Source: an uncultured euryarchaeote (GTDB lineage: Archaea; Thermoplasmatota; Poseidoniia; Poseidoniales; Poseidoniaceae). From it: 64,000 nt of DNA. Of this stretch, positions 61,871 through 64,000 are shown in pieces. Each line of letters opens with the position of its first letter. Within the stretch, counting starts at the first letter, position 1. The stretch is from positions 1,957-65,956 of the forward strand of contig CALBRH010000063.1 in the NCBI GenBank assembly GCA_937899865.1. Reading direction: 5' to 3'. Below the pieces are notes generated by a model. It saw nothing but the letters and a program-made list of their open reading frames with translations. It was not told the DNA's origin and did not search any database. The position numbers and the translations under genes were made by a program.

Positions 61871-64000
61871 ATGTTTGAAACTGCTGAAATGTCCAGACTT
61901 ACTGTGGCATCTCCAGTTGATAAATTAGAGGAAGTAATTCGAATCTGCGCAGATTTAGGATGTGTACATATTGAAGAATATGGCAACTTCGAAGACGGAA
62001 TAGGAGTCGGGCAATCAATTTCTTCCGATGAATCAGCCAAGACCAGTCAATTGTTAACCAAAGCTCGTGCTCTTCAATCTGAAATTAGTGCGATTAATAC
62101 GGATGGTCCAAAATCTCTTGCTGAAGTGAAGAAGTTAGTAGATTCTATGGCTTCAAAGATCGATGACGCTTTAGCAAATATCGATGAGGTTAGAGATTCA
62201 GAGTCTGAGATCTCCAATCTTAATGAAAGAGTAAAAGCGCTTGAAAGAGTAGCTCCTCTTGGCATACCATTGGACTTAATGGCCGGTTTTGAGGGTTTAG
62301 AATTATTTATTGCTGAGACATCTAAGGCTTCTAAAGCATATTCAGAATTTTCCGACATTTTGTCCAACATTGAACTTCAGGTGGCAAAGGGAGTTATTGC
62401 TGTTGCTTGCAGGCCATCAGATAGCGCTGCTATTCAAATCGGATTAAGTGCACTAGGTGCAAAACCAATTCAAATTCCATCTGGTGAAGGTTCTGCTGAA
62501 ACAATGATCGCAGAGGCCAAATCAAATATTGAATCTCTTGAATCAAGTATTGACTCATCAAATAAAGCAATCAATCAATGGAGCAAGGAATACGGAAGAG
62601 ATTTAGTGATACTTCTTGAACATCTAGAAAGGGAAGAATCAATTTACACTGCCCCAACACTTTTTGCAGTTAGTAACAAAGCATTTGTTCTGGATGGATG
62701 GGTGCCGAGTTCAGATAAAAGCAAAGTGGAAAGTGCACTTGGAAAAGTCGCATCACATATTTCTATAGAACAGCATGTTGACGACCACCATCATCATGAT
62801 GACCATGATGATTCAAGCCATGTAAAAGAAGTTCCAGAAGAACTTCAAATGCTTTCAGACTATCTTGAAATGAAGAATATTACTGTATTCGAATTTTTCA
62901 AGAGCATGGACTTAGATGAGTCTGGTGAACTGGAATTTGCAGAGATTGAGGCAGCGATGAAAAAAGCAGACATCCCTGATATGCCGCCGCTAAATATGGC
63001 TAGATTTTTAGCCGCTATCGATTTGAATCGAGACGGGAAAATAAACCTCCCAGAGCTTGATTTAGCGATTGGTGCAATCCGTAATGGATCTTATACTACA
63101 GCGGAACACCATGATGACGCACAACCCCCAATCAAATTTGAAAATGGAGAATTTTCAGAACCATTCGAACTGTTAGTAGATTTAGTTGGAAGGCCGAAAT
63201 ATGGAACCTTTGATCCGACACTATTGATGACTTTTACATTCCCAATATTCTACGGTATGATTCTAGGAGACTGGGGTTACGGTCTAGTTCTATGTGCTAT
63301 TGCAGCATACTTTGGAAGTAAACCATTCGCAGTAGATCCACTGGCTCAAAATGGACTTACAATTTTGAGATGGATGGGGATTTGGTGTATAATATGGGGG
63401 CTAATATTCGCAGAAGGTTTTGGTTTCGTTTGGGACGATACGGGTCAAATGGGCAATTCTTCACCATTCGATTTCATCTATGATTGGACCTATGCTAATA
63501 TTCATGTTCCAGGTACATTAGCAGACTTACTAGCAATGGGAGGATTACACGTGCCTTTCCATAGAGCAACTCCTGGAGGCGGCCTTCAAGAGTATGTAGT
63601 GTTATCAGTTTATGTTGGAATATTACATATTTTTGTTGGACTATTTATCGGATTATACACCGTCTGGAAGGCACATGGTGCAGCAGCAGCATTCTTCGAA
63701 AAAGGCTCATGGTTACTGATTATGACTGGCGGTACAATGCAAGCAAGAAACATGGTTATGGGATTCAATGAATTATTTGAATTCCAAATTTGGACACTAT
63801 TGATTGCTGTTGGATTGGTTTCTCTTGTTATTGGATTGGCAGTCTACGAGAAGTTTGGATGGGTTGGAGGCCTTGTAATGGGTCCAATTGAAATATTTGG
63901 CCTATTGGCAAATACTCTCTCATATCTAAGAATAATGGGCGTAGGTGTTGCAGGCGTTAAAATCGCAGAGATCTCTATCAATATGGGTTGGGAAAAAATC
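61871..64000 (+). CDS. atpI: A-type ATP synthase subunit I (stator/proton-channel a subunit), 5' part that continues past the window. It contains an inserted EF-hand pair.
   Basis: My own translation from the ATG at 61871 is open to the window end. It begins MFETAEMSRLTVASPVDKLEEVIRICADLGCVHIEEY. The later section reads PPIKFENGEFSEPFELLVDLVGRPKYGTFDPT and is followed by TM helices. It is absent from the ORF track because there is no stop in the window. Confidence 0.85.
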   Translation, partial: MFETAEMSRLTVASPVDKLEEVIRICADLGCVHIEEYGNFEDGIGVGQSISSDESAKTSQLLTKARALQSEISAINTDGPKSLAEVKKLVDSMASKIDDALANIDEVRDSESEISNLNERVKALERVAPLGIPLDLMAGFEGLELFIAETSKASKAYSEFSDILSNIELQVAKGVIAVACRPSDSAAIQIGLSALGAKPIQIPSGEGSAETMIAEAKSNIESLESSIDSSNKAINQWSKEYGRDLVILLEHLEREESIYTAPTLFAVSNKAFVLDGWVPSSDKSKVESALGKVASHISIEQHVDDHHHHDDHDDSSHVKEVPEELQMLSDYLEMKNITVFEFFKSMDLDESGELEFAEIEAAMKKADIPDMPPLNMARFLAAIDLNRDGKINLPELDLAIGAIRNGSYTTAEHHDDAQPPIKFENGEFSEPFELLVDLVGRPKYGTFDPTLLMTFTFPIFYGMILGDWGYGLVLCAIAAYFGSKPFAVDPLAQNGLTILRWMGIWCIIWGLIFAEGFGFVWDDTGQMGNSSPFDFIYDWTYANIHVPGTLADLLAMGGLHVPFHRATPGGGLQEYVVLSVYVGILHIFVGLFIGLYTVWKAHGAAAAFFEKGSWLLIMTGGTMQARNMVMGFNELFEFQIWTLLIAVGLVSLVIGLAVYEKFGWVGGLVMGPIEIFGLLANTLSYLRIMGVGVAGVKIAEISINMGWEKI
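62777..63124 (+). other. Insertion in AtpI consisting of a His/Asp-rich tract, two EF-hand loops and a second His/Asp tract
   Basis: Translated as VDDHHHHDDHDDSSH...FFKSMDLDESGELEFAEIEAAM...FLAAIDLNRDGKINLPELDLAI...TTAEHHDDAQ. The EF loops are at nt 62909-62944 and 63020-63055. Confidence 0.75.

Noticed and set aside
1-64000. Search for CRISPR arrays, rRNA genes, transposases/integrases, prophage or toxin-antitoxin/defence islands
   Set aside because: No regularly spaced direct repeats were seen. No rRNA-like conserved stretches were seen. There were no DDE, tyrosine or serine recombinase motifs. No typical defence-gene motifs were noticed. The only repeats found are intragenic (the transferrin lobes, the DLDLHV module, the PA tract and the PEPEPE linker).

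Overview
This is a gene-dense, AT-rich chromosomal segment with about 59 protein genes on both strands and one tRNA. I saw no rRNA, CRISPR array, transposase, integrase or prophage. The organism is almost certainly an archaeon. The evidence is RNA polymerase subunit K (Rpo6), PurP, the archaeal FAD synthase RibL, the archaeal shikimate entry enzymes (ADH synthase and DHQ synthase II) with a GHMP-type shikimate kinase, a PGF-CTERM-like sorting signal, and A-type ATP synthase subunits H and I. It also carries many bacterial-type genes: gpsA, a PlsC-like acyltransferase, oligoribonuclease, acyl-CoA dehydrogenase, tryptophan 2,3-dioxygenase and heme A/O synthases. That mix suggests an aerobic heterotrophic planktonic euryarchaeon of the Marine Group II (Poseidoniales) kind. 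This placement is inference from gene content only.

Gene content from start to end:
- An ABC-2 exporter and an ABC importer.
- gpsA and an endonuclease IV-like gene.
- A riboflavin/FAD operon (ribB-ribL-ribE-ribH), trxB and a MoeB-rhodanese gene.
- A pseudo-receiver protein and a fused 2-oxoacid dehydrogenase E1.
- An aquaporin, a Ca/Na exchanger and an acyl-CoA dehydrogenase.
- The Mo-cofactor maturation genes mocA and xdhC.
- Two S8 proteases.
- A three-subunit molybdo-flavo-iron-sulfur enzyme.
- A MoxR/DUF58 cluster.
- A shikimate operon that includes aspartate kinase.
- purP, kynA and rpoK.
- ctaA and ctaB.
- tRNA-Ser.
- A large surface protein.
- A KaiC-like trio, ubiE and the start of the atp operon.

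Most interesting observations:
1. The substrate-binding lipoprotein of the ABC importer is a two-lobed protein. By eye both lobes carry the transferrin iron-ligand and anion-site motifs.
2. An anchored protein contains a recently duplicated module of ER/K-rich helix plus an unknown DLDLHV domain.
3. An EF-hand pair flanked by His/Asp-rich tracts is inserted in A-ATPase subunit I.
4. The FAD subunit of the molybdoenzyme has a Cys-rich insertion like that of 4-hydroxybenzoyl-CoA reductase HcrB.
5. A pilin-like lamin-tail-domain protein sits next to three translationally coupled KaiC/RecA-like proteins, one intact and two degenerate.

All family assignments come from motif recognition by eye. No searches were run.
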